DNA of 58,540 nt, filler included, from Sphacelaria rigidula (Eukaryota): NCBI GenBank assembly GCA_964200075.2. It is 6 parts of 6 records of this genome, joined end to end, with 100 filler letters (N's around TTAATTAATTAA, not from the genome) between each part and the next. Parts side by side here need not be neighbours in the genome. Positions count along the whole stretch, not along the records: positions 9,775 to 19,448 come from CAXNAA020007986.1; positions 19,549 to 29,221 come from CAXNAA020007987.1; 4 more parts are not named here. The stretch is one strand, 5' to 3'. Shown here in pieces: positions 10,779 through 22,600 of this stretch (its first letter is position 1; every line of letters begins with the position of its first letter). Under the pieces are notes generated by a model. The model was not told the origin of the DNA and ran no database searches. It was given only the letters and a program-made list of their open reading frames with translations. Both the position numbers and the translations under genes were made by a program.

Positions 10779-13700
10779 GAGTGCCTGGAACAAAATCCGC
10801 GGTCTCGAGCCCCTCGAAGCCATGGCAGCGTACCTCCTTCAGGTCACCGAACTTTGCCCAACGTGGCTTGAGGATGTTGAAGGACAACCTCATAAAGATG
10901 ACACCGTGATGGGGGTAGACGAAATAAACAAGGACCTGGAGTGGGAGAGCAACGGCAAGGAAGAGGACGAGGCAGGCGCGGAGATTGGATTCGGGGTTAC
11001 GGTTAGCACCATGGTTGCTGGGCAAGGGTGAGCGGTGCATTTTGTATCTGTCGTTTCCGTTGCTAGAGCTGCTGGCAGCTTCAATCGTGCTTGAAGTGCG
11101 ACGTCCATAATGTCGAGGATGGGTAGGGTAAGTGGTGAGGGAGAGAGCATGGAGTGATGCGCCGTGTTGCATGTTCACGTATATTTGCTGCGGGTGTAAA
11201 ACCGGTCATTCTCGAGAAAAGAGGTGACGCTTTTTGGAAAAGTGGAGGCTGGATCAGCATTTGAGACGTGTGCAGGCAGTGTGAAAAGTCACAGATCGAG
11301 GACGAGATGGGAGTTAGGGCTCGCACGTTCTCATGGTTGATATCTCATCAGCCTTTTGGGGATGGTAATGAGGTGCGTAGCAATCCCAGGGCACCCGCGC
11401 TTGATCTATGTAGACAACCTGCGTGCAATTCGAATAGGGCCCCCGATTTAGGTCTGCCATTTCTTTCCGTGCTTTGCTTGTGTTGACCTTTTTTTTGTTA
11501 CGCCTTAGTCTGCCTGCTATGTCGTTCTGTTCGCCTTTTTTTTTTTTTTTCTGTTCCTTCTTTTCTTCAGAGCGTGTTTCACTTTCGTTTTTCTTGTGTA
11601 CGTCTATCATGAGGCCACGGCTGGACCCCTGGGGGGGTCAGTTAAAGTGCGACAATCAATCGATCATCACATAAATATGAGCTTGCCGGGTACGTTGCGA
11701 GCTCACTCTTTGTGCTGCTTGCTAATGCCAGGACACTGCCTTCTTGAGTCGCGTTGGATATTCCCATGCCTGAGAACCTAGCTGAGTAGTACCCGTTCCT
11801 CATATTTGAACATCATCACAATCAGGGACACAAGAGATTGGGGCAAAAACGAGGAGATTTTTGCAGCTGCTAGCGACGGAGATGTGCCGAGACTGGAACA
11901 CCTCATCGCTCGGGGCGCAAACGTTGATGTGAAGGTGACTTTTGCACGAACACTTCTTTAGCTTTTTTTCAAGCGAAGCCAAGGGTTGTTGGGGCTCTGG
12001 CCCAAGTCTCGAGACAGAGCTACAGCAAGATCATGCCTCGATTTTGTTCATGCATGCACGAATGCGCCGTAGCCTGCCTAGTTCACGAGCGAAGCGATGA
12101 TTTGTTGTCTTGCCGGGGTCCATGCTGCTCCCAAACTCGCACTGTTGATCCTCCCCGCTGATGCACGCGCTCATCGACGAGACCTGTGGCGGGTTTTCTC
12201 GACACCAAACCCTCCCGCCGGCGTAATTTTGCCAGGACGAGGAAGGACGAACCCCTCTACACTTTGCCGCTGATCGAGGACAGTCCGCCGTGATTTCGAT
12301 ACTGCTGGAGCTAGGAGCTATGGTGGACCCTCGAGACAGTGAAGGGATGACGCCACTTTCGTATGCGGTGGCTTGCGAGAATGAAAAAGAAATCCAGTTG
12401 TTGGTGAGTGCAGGACACTACGTTCAAGGTGCAGGAAAACCGAGCATACGCACCCCTGTAATTTTGTTGTTGGTGTTTCCTCACGTTGGACTTGGTCATT
12501 TTCTGGCGTCGCGTTCTCGTGTTCCTGCGAGCATTTTCGGTGGAATATAACACCAATCTGGCGCTGTCAGGCCCTCGCGTTACGGCCTCTGAGGCAGAAA
12601 CGGTGGCAAAAATCCGGGGTGCTGTTCTCTATGGTGGTTGCGTATTAACGAAAATTAGGGTAACTTTTTGCGAGCAACATATGTTAATAAGATTTGGGGT
12701 AACGTTCCCTCCAACGCGTTTTTTTTTCGATGCCCGAAAATGCGCCCGTTTTTGGTGCAAGATTCGAAGTTAGTCGCGAGGGGCCCAACCACCCTTTGAG
12801 ACCAGAAGCCACAGCGCCCGAATGTAGGAAAACCAATATGGGCAATGCTGAAGGGACGGGGCGGGGGGGGATACCTCAGAGTTTTCAGTGATGAGTACCC
12901 CCCAATACTATGGATAATGGCGATGTTACGTTATGCACAATGTCAGGATATTACTCAGGGTACAATGCGATGACGCAATCGCAGTAGAGGCCGAGGGAAG
13001 TGGATAGTGGTTACACTGAAACCAAGTAACCACGGACGCACTGAAGCCAAGTAGTTATTGACCACACCAAGACCAAACATTTACTGACCACAACGAAGCC
13101 GAGCAGTTTTTGACCATACTGGAACCGAGTACTTCGTTCTTATATTGAGACCAAGTATTCATTGACCACATTGGAACCAGGTAGTCGTTGACCACACTGC
13201 AATGAAGAAAATTCGATCCTGCACGGAACGCGAGTAACTTGATCCCAGACTAAGTTTTAGTGATACCCTGGGCATGGGGGTGACACAATGCAGCTATCAT
13301 GATGCAATCGTGAATGCTGGTAAATTTCGGCCTTCAACCAAAGTGCTGCCGGAGCCCGTACCTCTCTCAACATATGGAAGACACCAAATGTCCTCGGTTT
13401 TGAACTGCTCACGCACAGGCGATCCCGGGGTGGTGACGGCGTTGTTCAATCGCGTGAACTGGTGACGATGAAAATAAGATTCCCGTCCTAGGTTTCCCTT
13501 AGTCTCGACAGCTTCCAAGGGAGTGGATGGGCGGACTGCGACTTGTGGCCCGCATTCGCTAGGTCCCCTTGTTAGTCGATATAGTTTAGTTTATTTTGGT
13601 TTTTACGACCGAACGTAGTCCTGAGCTCGCGGTTGGCCATGTCTACTCGATGTACAAGACATTCACAAACGGAAGAGATGTGAGATGCGCCAGCCTACAG

Positions 13701-16238
13701 CCTGAATGCTAGAATTACGTCCACATTCACTGATTTTGTTTCTCCCGGCATGTACAGCACAGCTGCACGCAATGTTTGACACGTCACATACAACTCCCAT
13801 TGAAATCACGACGCAGGTAGTTGAACTCATGTATCATCACGCAATAGGAGTACCGAGAGCAGTTGTTTGGGCAACCTTTCTGCTGCGGTCTAGCGTAGAG
13901 CCCTCAGCAGCTGGAATCACGAGCTGTAGAGAAAGAGCAACCAGGCTCTGCGGTGTCACATGTCGCAGCGACTGTCATTTTATCAAGGCACACACCCAGG
14001 TGGGCTGCAGCTGCCGACGCAGCACGAACACCAGAACATACAAGAGTTCGTGGATCAAGCATTGCTCCACAGGTAGCACATACGACACGGGAAATACACA
14101 CACGTTGATGGAGCTTCATTGTTGTCTGATTTGCATAGTATACGAGCAGCAGCAGAAAAACACGACCGACAGTAGCATTTCGGAGCGCCCATTTTGGTGG
14201 TTCCTTAATTCAACCGTCCGCTTCTTTTGCCTATTACCCCGTGCAATTGAGTTGCTCACACGGGGATGAAGTCATTGCCGTTGTGGCTGTGATTTCGGCG
14301 CAGAGCATGTGCTAGGGTTGATTTACTGTACATACGCTCTACGGTAGTCACCGTTCTGTACCCACACCTAGGGCCTACTGACGATGGTTGAACTCGTGTT
14401 GGATGATTCATAGATCGCAGCTTTGTCCATTTCTCGGACAACCGTTCTCGCCTCGCGGACATTGTAACATGGCACGGACAACTCGTTTCTGTTTGAAATA
14501 TCCCTGTCTGCACGCCGCAACGAACCACTTCTCTTGAGGTGCCCAGCGTCACAAGATTGGAGCACCATAGCGCACCTGAACACTAGCTAGGCAGTCGAAA
14601 ACGACCAAATCCTATCTGTCAGCAAGGAATGGGCGTGTTACTGTCTTCGCAAGCATGATACGAGAAGGAGGGAAAATGTTTTTTTTCAGGCATCCCGGGA
14701 ACCGAGAAGAGGACGAGTGACAGCGCATCGGGGAAGGGTGAGAATGCGACCGCTTGATGTCGTCGTCATTTATTTTTTTGCCTTGATCATGCGATGTGCC
14801 GCCCGTTCAACCGCCACGGTGGTTCAACTGGCACGGTGAAACAGGCAGCATATCGCATTGTGAGGGGAACAATATTGACGACGACATCAAGCGATCTAGT
14901 TCCTTCCCCTCCTCGATGCGCCCCCGCTCGTCTTCCTCTCTGCTCCCGGGGCGCCTTAAGGAATGCATTTTCCTTCCTTCTCGTACCTCGTTTCCGCTGT
15001 ATAGGCGAGACAGCAACGCCCCGGGGTCATACTGTCGTGGCTGATAAGGCAGCATGCAACGAGAAAGATAGCGCACCCATACGGGGACGGTGGGTACGGG
15101 TGCACAAATCCCAGCGTGTGTCATACCAACGTCTGTGGGCATTGGGAATAAGCAAGCACGAAACCGGGGTACTAGAGTTTGCAAAGCCGCACAAAATTTT
15201 GCGCCAACATTTAATGCTACGGTTGAATGGGCAGCATATTGCATAAATAAAGGCAACGAGAAATTGATGCCGACATCAAGCGGTCGCAGTTTCACCCTTC
15301 TTCGATGCGCCTCCATTCGTCCTCCTCTCGATTCCCGGGGTGCCTGAAGAAATACATTTTCCCTCCCTATCGTCGAACGCGATATTGTAGGTAATTGCGC
15401 CGTACGTTGTCGTTCTGCATATTTTTGCAGAAAGCCAGGGAGGTGGGGAGCGCATGAATATACGTTTTATGGTCGCCGGTGCTTTGTGTCGCGAGATCAA
15501 AGCGCTGCAGCATACTCAAATATATACTGGACGAAGAAAAAACGGGCAAGTCCCATGTGTTGACAAGGTATGGGCGGTTGCCGGCGGGTTCTGTTCCATC
15601 GCACGCGATATTGTAGGCAATAGATGGCACATTCTCGTCTCGAAAATATTGGGAGAAAGCCAGGGACATTATTTATTATTAGTCCGATCTCGCGAACCCG
15701 TGGTCACAGATAGGACATGGTCAGCTCATAAACATGGATATACGCACCATGCTTGATGTGTTTTTTTTTTTTTTTTTTTCCGAGATCGAAGCACTACAAC
15801 ACACTCCAACCTAAAGCGGACCGCTAAAGGACGACCAAGTTGTGCGTGTTGGGGAGAGCAGCACACAGGCACACATATCATGCTCGCAATAGCCGCGAAC
15901 AGCGAGAATGCCGCAGTACCGTCAACTTGACGCCTCAAATCTTACGCGGGTGGCGCGTCGTCTCAGAGCAACTGATCGAGATTTCTCATGGATCGTCATC
16001 GCGCGAAATAGCATCTGGGGTGCCTTCTCTCCAGAGCATTCTAGCCGCGTTGGTCGTGTCTCGCGTGCAGTTGATCGATTGGGGTGCTTACAGCGCCGAC
16101 GGAAGAACACATGGTCAGTCTGCACATCGCCATGAACCATTTCCCCTTGATGCAAATGATCGAGTTACTGGGGTGAAAAACATTGGCGAATGCCATCTTG
16201 GAGTCGACAAAGGAGCGGACGAGCTTGAGAACACGTGA
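10779..16238 (+). CDS. Acyl-CoA-binding domain + ankyrin-repeat protein (ACBD6/plant ACBP1-2-like), 5'-partial; exons 10779-11027, 11826-11934, 12236-12403, 16071-16238
   Basis: The spliced reading gives an ACB helix 3-4 segment (SAWNKIRGLEPLEAMAAYLLQVTELCPTW), an acidic linker with GFGVTVSTM, then ankyrin repeats IFAAASDGDVPRLEHLIARGANVDVK/DEEGRTPLHFAADRGQ...DSEGMTPLSYAVACENEKEIQLL/LIDWGA. All three introns are GT-AG with compatible phases (2,0,0). Confidence 0.88.
11480..11670 (+). mobile_element. Retroposon (RTE-like LINE/SINE) 3' end in an intron; related copies at ~4250-4535 and ~16640-16840
   Basis: T-rich tract, then (GA/GG)CCAC(G/A)GCTGGA...GGGGGTCAG...CAATCAATC tail. The 4480 copy shares GACCACGGCTGGA but has a different downstream end. 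Confidence 0.6.
13010..13200 (+). repeat. Degenerate ~25-30-bp minisatellite (GACCACACTGAAACCAAGTAGTTATT-like)
   Basis: About six imperfect units containing gaccaca...accaagta. Confidence 0.7.
14659..15372. mobile_element. Foldback/MITE remnant with ~110-bp inverted arms (14659-14770 vs 14873-14985) and a third arm (15262-15372)
   Basis: tacgagaaggagggaaaatg...cgcttgatgtcgtcgtca is the reverse complement of tgacgacgacatcaagcg...cattttccttccttctcgta, repeated at ~15262-15372. Confidence 0.75.
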
Positions 16239-18179
16239 CGACGCGAGGATAAGCGAGAATCGGACCTCCGTCACAAACGAGAGGCTGCTGCGTGTAGAGC
16301 CGCCAATCAAATAATCCTGGTTGCCCCTATGGGGTGTCGATTGTGTCGTTTGTCTGTGGCTCTGCGGTGTCCCCTGATGTCTGTCTGTATCTGCTCTGCT
16401 GCTCTGAGTTCTTTGGGCTTCTTCACTTCTGTAGCCTTGTTCTTCTCTGCTCTCCTTTCCCCCATCTTTCTCTACATGTGTTATTTTCTGTCGTGTATGC
16501 CAGAGCAGTGTGTCGCCTCGCTTGCGTTCGTCCATGGATAAAAGGGTTTATACCCCAAACTATGCGGTCGTAGTAGACAAGCCGCAATCTTTTGCCACGA
16601 CCTTTTATTTTTCACGACTAGGCATGAGTGTGCTTCTGCGCAAGACAGGGGCCGGCCATTTCATTTCTTATTTTTATGTTTTTTTGTTGTTGTTGTCTTC
16701 GTCTACTCTATTCTGTTTTACCTTTTCTGTTTTCTTCTTTTTTCTTCAGCGAGTGCTTCGGTTTTGTTTTGTCTTGGGTCCATGTATCGTGTGACCACAG
16801 CTGGATTCCTGGGGGGTCAGTGAGAGGCGGCAATCAATCAACACCGTTCCACGTCGACATCCTGAGCGGTAGCGTTGATAGTCCAGTTGCAGCTTTCTCG
16901 CGACCCAACGCCCTGCCGCACTTGTTCCGTGTCTCCATGTGCTCACCATTCCCTAGCCTTTCCCGTACACAAGTTCAAAACACCCGTGCCTTCAGTTTCG
17001 CGTACAGATCTCCAGTTCTCCACTAGTACGCTGGTGTCTCCGTGGCAGACAAGAAACATGTCTATGTCTACATGTGTCTGTCCGACCGACATTTCACTCC
17101 TCAGGCCTGACCTTTCCCAACTTTTCATTTGTTTCATATCTTTTCACCCCTGGCGTGTGACCCCCGTGCGGCAACGACTACCGACAGCCATCACGCAAAC
17201 GCTCGGCCATGGCCAAACGCCATCTCCTGGGGTAGCGTGTGTGGCGACTTCTCACATTTCACTGAACTAACTGTGGGGGGTGTTATTTAGAATACATGGA
17301 CTACCGACCACGTGGACATGCATTCTAGCTTTTGTTGTTGTCAAGAGGTCGCCAAGCATCACGTGCCGCTCTGGAGTGTGTTTCGACTTCTAACATTTTC
17401 TAAAGTTCCCGAATCGCGAATAGCACGCCAATACAGTATATTTTGTTGATTCGCTCAAAAGTGTAAATCGGCACTGACTACCAACAGCCACAATGCAGCT
17501 ATTATTGTCTGACGAGGTCGCCAATCATCGTGTGCCTCTTCAAATACAAATTGGCAACGACTACATGACGCAAACGCTCGGCCTGGGTGCGTGGACTCCT
17601 CACATTTGACTGAACAAGGTTAATCGTGGGAGGTGTTGCATGGAGAATGCATGTCCCCATCCACTTCCGGCATACACGAACCACCGACTACGCTGTTTAT
17701 ATGCATTGCCGCAACTGTTGGGGTTAGGATTCGGGATGGTGTTGACTGTCAGTGTTGTTATGATGTGTTCATCACGAAGGAGGGACCACCGGCGTTGCAG
17801 TTATTAGTATTGCGATGAATTCATCACGAAGCATCATGTTGTGTCTGTCAAAATTCATTATGGGCTTGAAGCCCAACCGTGACGGGTGTTTCATGAAAAA
17901 TTCAAGTTCCCACTCATCTCCATACACGGACCACCGAGTCTGCCGTGGGTGTGAATTACAACTTTTAGTGTTGTTATGATAAGGTCATCATCAAACATCG
18001 TGTCTTGTCTCTTCAGATTTAGTCTTGGGTTGAGTCCGCCCTCTGTACCCATTGTCAAACAGTAAAGCTAAACTTAAATCCCTTTTGTTTGTTTGTTTGT
18101 TTTTCCTTCTTTCTTTTCTCTCCCCGTTGAACTCGGGGAAGCTACTTGTCACCGGTTTTCGTGGCGTCTCTCTTCTTAT

Positions 18180-18309
18180 TTATTTTGGTAATGTGTCTGG
18201 TGAGGAATAGCAAGGACGGTATTGGAAAGGCGAGCCTACGTCTGTGACCACGGGTTCGCGAGATCGGACTAATGTGCGGAAAAATAAATAAATAATAATA
18301 AAAGTAGTA

Positions 18310-18365
<56 letters not shown>

Positions 18366-18380
18366 AATAATAAAATAAAT
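18180..18380 (+). mobile_element. Retroposon 3' end with (TAA)n tail; minus-strand copies at 15670-15712, 19380-19446 and 25995-26212
   Basis: TCTGTGACCACGGGTTCGCGAGATCGGACTAATGTGCGGAAA followed by (ATA)n. The other copies are reverse-complemented and preceded by (TAT)n. Confidence 0.8.
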
Positions 18381-19639
18381 AACCCCCACTCCCTCCCCAA
18401 GTCTCACGCTTGGTACTGTTAGCCCTTTCAAGTATTTTGTTTTTTTGCCGAAAAGCTTCACCAATAGCACGAAATCTAGTTCCAAGGAAGACGCTTGGGA
18501 TTGCTAGCCTTTACGCGATCGACTTCGTACATTTGAAGCCACTCCCAGGTCAGACGCTTCGGCTTGTTGGCCCTTCAGATATGTATTTTATGTTTACCGC
18601 GCATGGCGAAAAGCTCCAACAGCACGAAACTTCCCATCCGCTGTAGAAGAGCGCGCCAGCATCGTTCTTTGGCGTCCAATGCATCGTCATGCTGCGAAAT
18701 AATTGGCACCCGCCAACAACATGCCGATTTCTCGGCAACACACGAGACTTGGGCTGTCATTTGACTTGTCCAGCCAATGTTCGAGCGTCCTGTAGTGCTT
18801 CGACCTCGCGACACAAAGCTCCGGCGAGCACAGTGCGCATATCCATTCGCGCTTCACGTCCCTGGCTTGCTGCGAATATATGCAGGACGGCAACTGCACG
18901 TTGAAAACATATTCTCTAGGAACACGTGGCGATTATTTTCCCTAATCGATATGAGCTTGCCGTTTCGAACAGAAGGTTGTTCCACACTTTTCTATCAACC
19001 GCACAGATACTTCGAGGATATCTTCTCTTCTCGGTTGCGTTGAGCGCCCGCGGCTGTAGTAGTCATTTTTTGATGAACTCGATTGAACGTGTTTTTTTCA
19101 GGTTTTTCGTCCACCAGGACTCATCACGGTTTCTGTTTGTTGCCAAGCGTTCGAGGTTCGAGAGGCATTGGTACCCAACACAATTTATGACAAAAAAACG
19201 AGATACGGGCTCGCCGGTCTTTGTGGTTCCTACGAGTATACAGCCCCCGGTTCTCGCTCTTTGATATCTTCACTCGACCGAGCTGACCCGTATTGATACC
19301 ATGAACAATTCTATGCCTCCACTTTTTTCTACTTTCGATATTCATTGCGCTATAGCCGAGAAACCGTGTTCTTGGGCCATTATTTATTATTATTATTATT
19401 ATGATTTCCGCACATTAGTCCGATCTCGCGAACCCGTGGTCACACACGNNNNNNNNNNNNNNNNNNNNNNNNNNNNNNNNNNNNNNNNNNNNTTAATTAA
19501 TTAANNNNNNNNNNNNNNNNNNNNNNNNNNNNNNNNNNNNNNNNNNNNCCCAGGACGGTGCACAGCTCCACCACCCAGAGGAAGGAGAGGAAGGGAGGGG
19601 GGGGGGAGGGGGGGGGGGGGGGGGGGCGATCAAGGCATG

Positions 19640-22600
19640 ACACCGAAGGCGAAATAGCGCAAACAGTCGCTCAAGGAAACTCGACAAGCGGAAATGGTGA
19701 AGGGGAAGAAAGAATACGGGTGGAACTGAGAATGTGGAAACAAATAAGAGTAGAGGGAGGAAATGATAGGAAAGGCATAGAGACAAGAAGGAGAACGTCC
19801 GCCCAAAATTTAGTTCCGAAGCGGAAATCCTTGATAGACCCCTGCCCAAAAGCCTCAGGTAAGGGGATCGTGCAGAAGCCTCCAAAGGGAAGCAAAATCA
19901 ACCTATGCCGTCACCTTCCATCCACTACCGTCTATGTTAGTACGATATGCTCGCATGTAGTCGTTCCCCCCATGGTGAGACGGGTATTCCTCACAGAGCA
20001 AACTTTACGGTACCAATGTAGTACAGAGGGTGCGCTTTTAGGTGGGTGCCGTTGGAACAGTAGACATTCGGAGTAATCCACTAATATCAGCAGCACATGG
20101 TACGCGACATCTCCACAGTCACAATGATAGGGACTTAGTCCTCGGGAAAGCTCAACCGCGCGGGAGTGGGAAAGGAGCGGGTTGTTGCACTGCAAAACTG
20201 CCAAAATGGGGTGTTTGCTATTCTTGTTGGGGGTCTATTGTTCTGCTTCGTGGTGCACGCTCTGTACACCAAAACAGAGTGAAGCCAACGCGCTGTACCA
20301 TGTGCTGTCGGTATTACCTGCACTGCACAGGGAGACTCTTGTATGGCCTGTACTGTGCACGGCCTTGCGTGTTTTCTTGAGAACAAAAGGGGCGTGACCA
20401 CCGGTCAGACTGTGAGTTGAGTACCTCCTATAATCCCTGTTTTCGAGCGTTTTCGGCCTCAAGGAAAAGATCGCCAAAAGGACGGGCTCAATATCACGCT
20501 TGGTCGTTAGTTAAACAAAATATACCAAAACTACCAGCTAATGTCTGAAATCTGCACTATGGGCGTGTCTTGGGCATGTTCCGACAAGAAAATTCAATCC
20601 GGTGTGGAAACCGGGAGCGAACACGGTGCTGAGATTGGCCAGCTGTTTTGAACTGTAACGGAGCTGCTTTCGGTTCTTCGGGCCCTGGGCAGGGTCCTAG
20701 TGACGCGATTGATGCAGCAACATAATTGACGTCGATTCTAGATTGCCGTTTTCGATGCCGTCTTGAGACATGGCACTAGCAACGGAAATGCGTCTAAAGT
20801 GGACGAGAGTTGGGCCCATCTCGACCAATTACTGACAAACCACAGACGATCCAAGCCGGTCAACTGCTGGCCAAGAGAGTCGCACTGCTCCTTGAAAAGT
20901 GGTGCTCGATAGCCGTCACGATTGCTCTCACTCGAGCCACGTGTGACGTACTTGCATTGGCTTTGGTCCGATATTTTTCTCAATGTCACGCTGCACAAAT
21001 GAATAGCGCATAAACTGCACGTGTCTTGAATGCTTGCCTTGCGCGAAACCGAACCCACTCGATCGACGCACCATGTGTTCTAGTGGAGTCAGGGTACCTG
21101 TCGATGTGTGCACGTCCTACCGTGGGTGTCTGTACGCAATGCTGCATACCCTGAGATGATAGCACGCATTTCGCACCTCAAATTCTTCTCACCCGCGCCG
21201 AGGACCGTTCACGCTTTGCACGCCGCTATCTTTATGAAATTGTTCAACCTTTCGATTTTCGAGTAAGGCCAGGGATCATCATACCGTGGGGCTCGGAAAA
21301 ATGGAAAGCGATTTGGCTGCGGTTAGGATATTGGTCCTGTCATAGCACTCGTCCTCCCCCCCCCCCCCCCCCCCCCCTTTCCTCTTCCCCCACACTCCCT
21401 TTTCGGCGCCCGCCCCCCCCCCCCCCCCCGAACCCCAACCCCCCCCCCAGGANNNNNNNNNNATACCGTGGGGCTCGGAAAAATGGAAAGCGATTTGGCT
21501 GCGGTTAGGATATTGGTCCTGTCATAGCCCTCGCCCCCCCCCCCCCCCCCCCATTTCGATTTTCGCATGCAATGCCTCTTGTGAAGACACCCCTCTCCAT
21601 AACACCGTAACACTGACCTGAACCGTCAGGCTGAACAGATATCTTGGGATTTGAAAACGCGACTTGATAAAGCTTGCATATGTCGGACAGCTCATGAGTT
21701 TCCCAAAATAACTAATCCAAGGGGACACGCAGATCCTTATCCAAAAACACAAACTACGTGACAGCAGGGTCCGATGAGCCGAAGACACAATTTCGGTGTC
21801 TGTCCAGAGCTTTAGGGAGCAAGTAGAAAATATATGGAAAAAGCGGCCACATGAGCTTGCTCGTGATCCGGATCAGTACACAAATAAAAGGAGTAATATT
21901 CAGGCAGCTCATGAGCTCTCCGGCGTGTGAAAGCTTGCATGATCGTCAGCACGAGTAAGGAGGGTGCGGGATGCGAGCGTGTGCCTGTCGTTCCTGGACA
22001 GGCAGCGTTACATATAGAATGAATGGAACGCGCGCACACCGACAAGTGGCCTGGATCTAGAGGCCACAATATTACTAGGCACCTTGGTCGATTTATTTTT
22101 TCGTTTTGGGTGAGCATCGACAATCAACGATTCGTGTAATAGTTTTTTTTAAAATCTTTCCACCCACAAAGTGTGCAGCTTTGGCATTAGTCAGTCATGC
22201 CGTGCAGTCCAGCGAAACAGCCATCATTTCATGGCGAATCGCCCAACCAAGCACATCACACAGGTGAGTAAGAGCTATCGTGGAGGCTATCAAGAATCCT
22301 TTGGGGGGGGGGCGTGCAACTCTATCGCTCAGCAGTTGAACCGCTCGGATCGGCTGTGGTTCTCCAGCGGTTCGTCGTTATGAGTCCGAATCTCAGACAT
22401 CTCAGAAGCGTTTCCACTGCTAGACTGCTGCTGCTACTGCTGCTGCTGCGTCCAACGGCCACACCAAGATTCAACATTCCGGATTCGAGAATTGAGAATC
22501 GAGGAACTGTTTCGACTGATTTCTTGTGTCAAGACACCCCCTAAAACCTGGGGTCGTTTGTCATTGAAAAACATAACCGACCCCAAGATATTTTTTTCGC

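Noticed and set aside
21282..21530. Short tandem duplication
   Set aside because: It flanks poly-C and Ns, so it is a probable assembly artefact.
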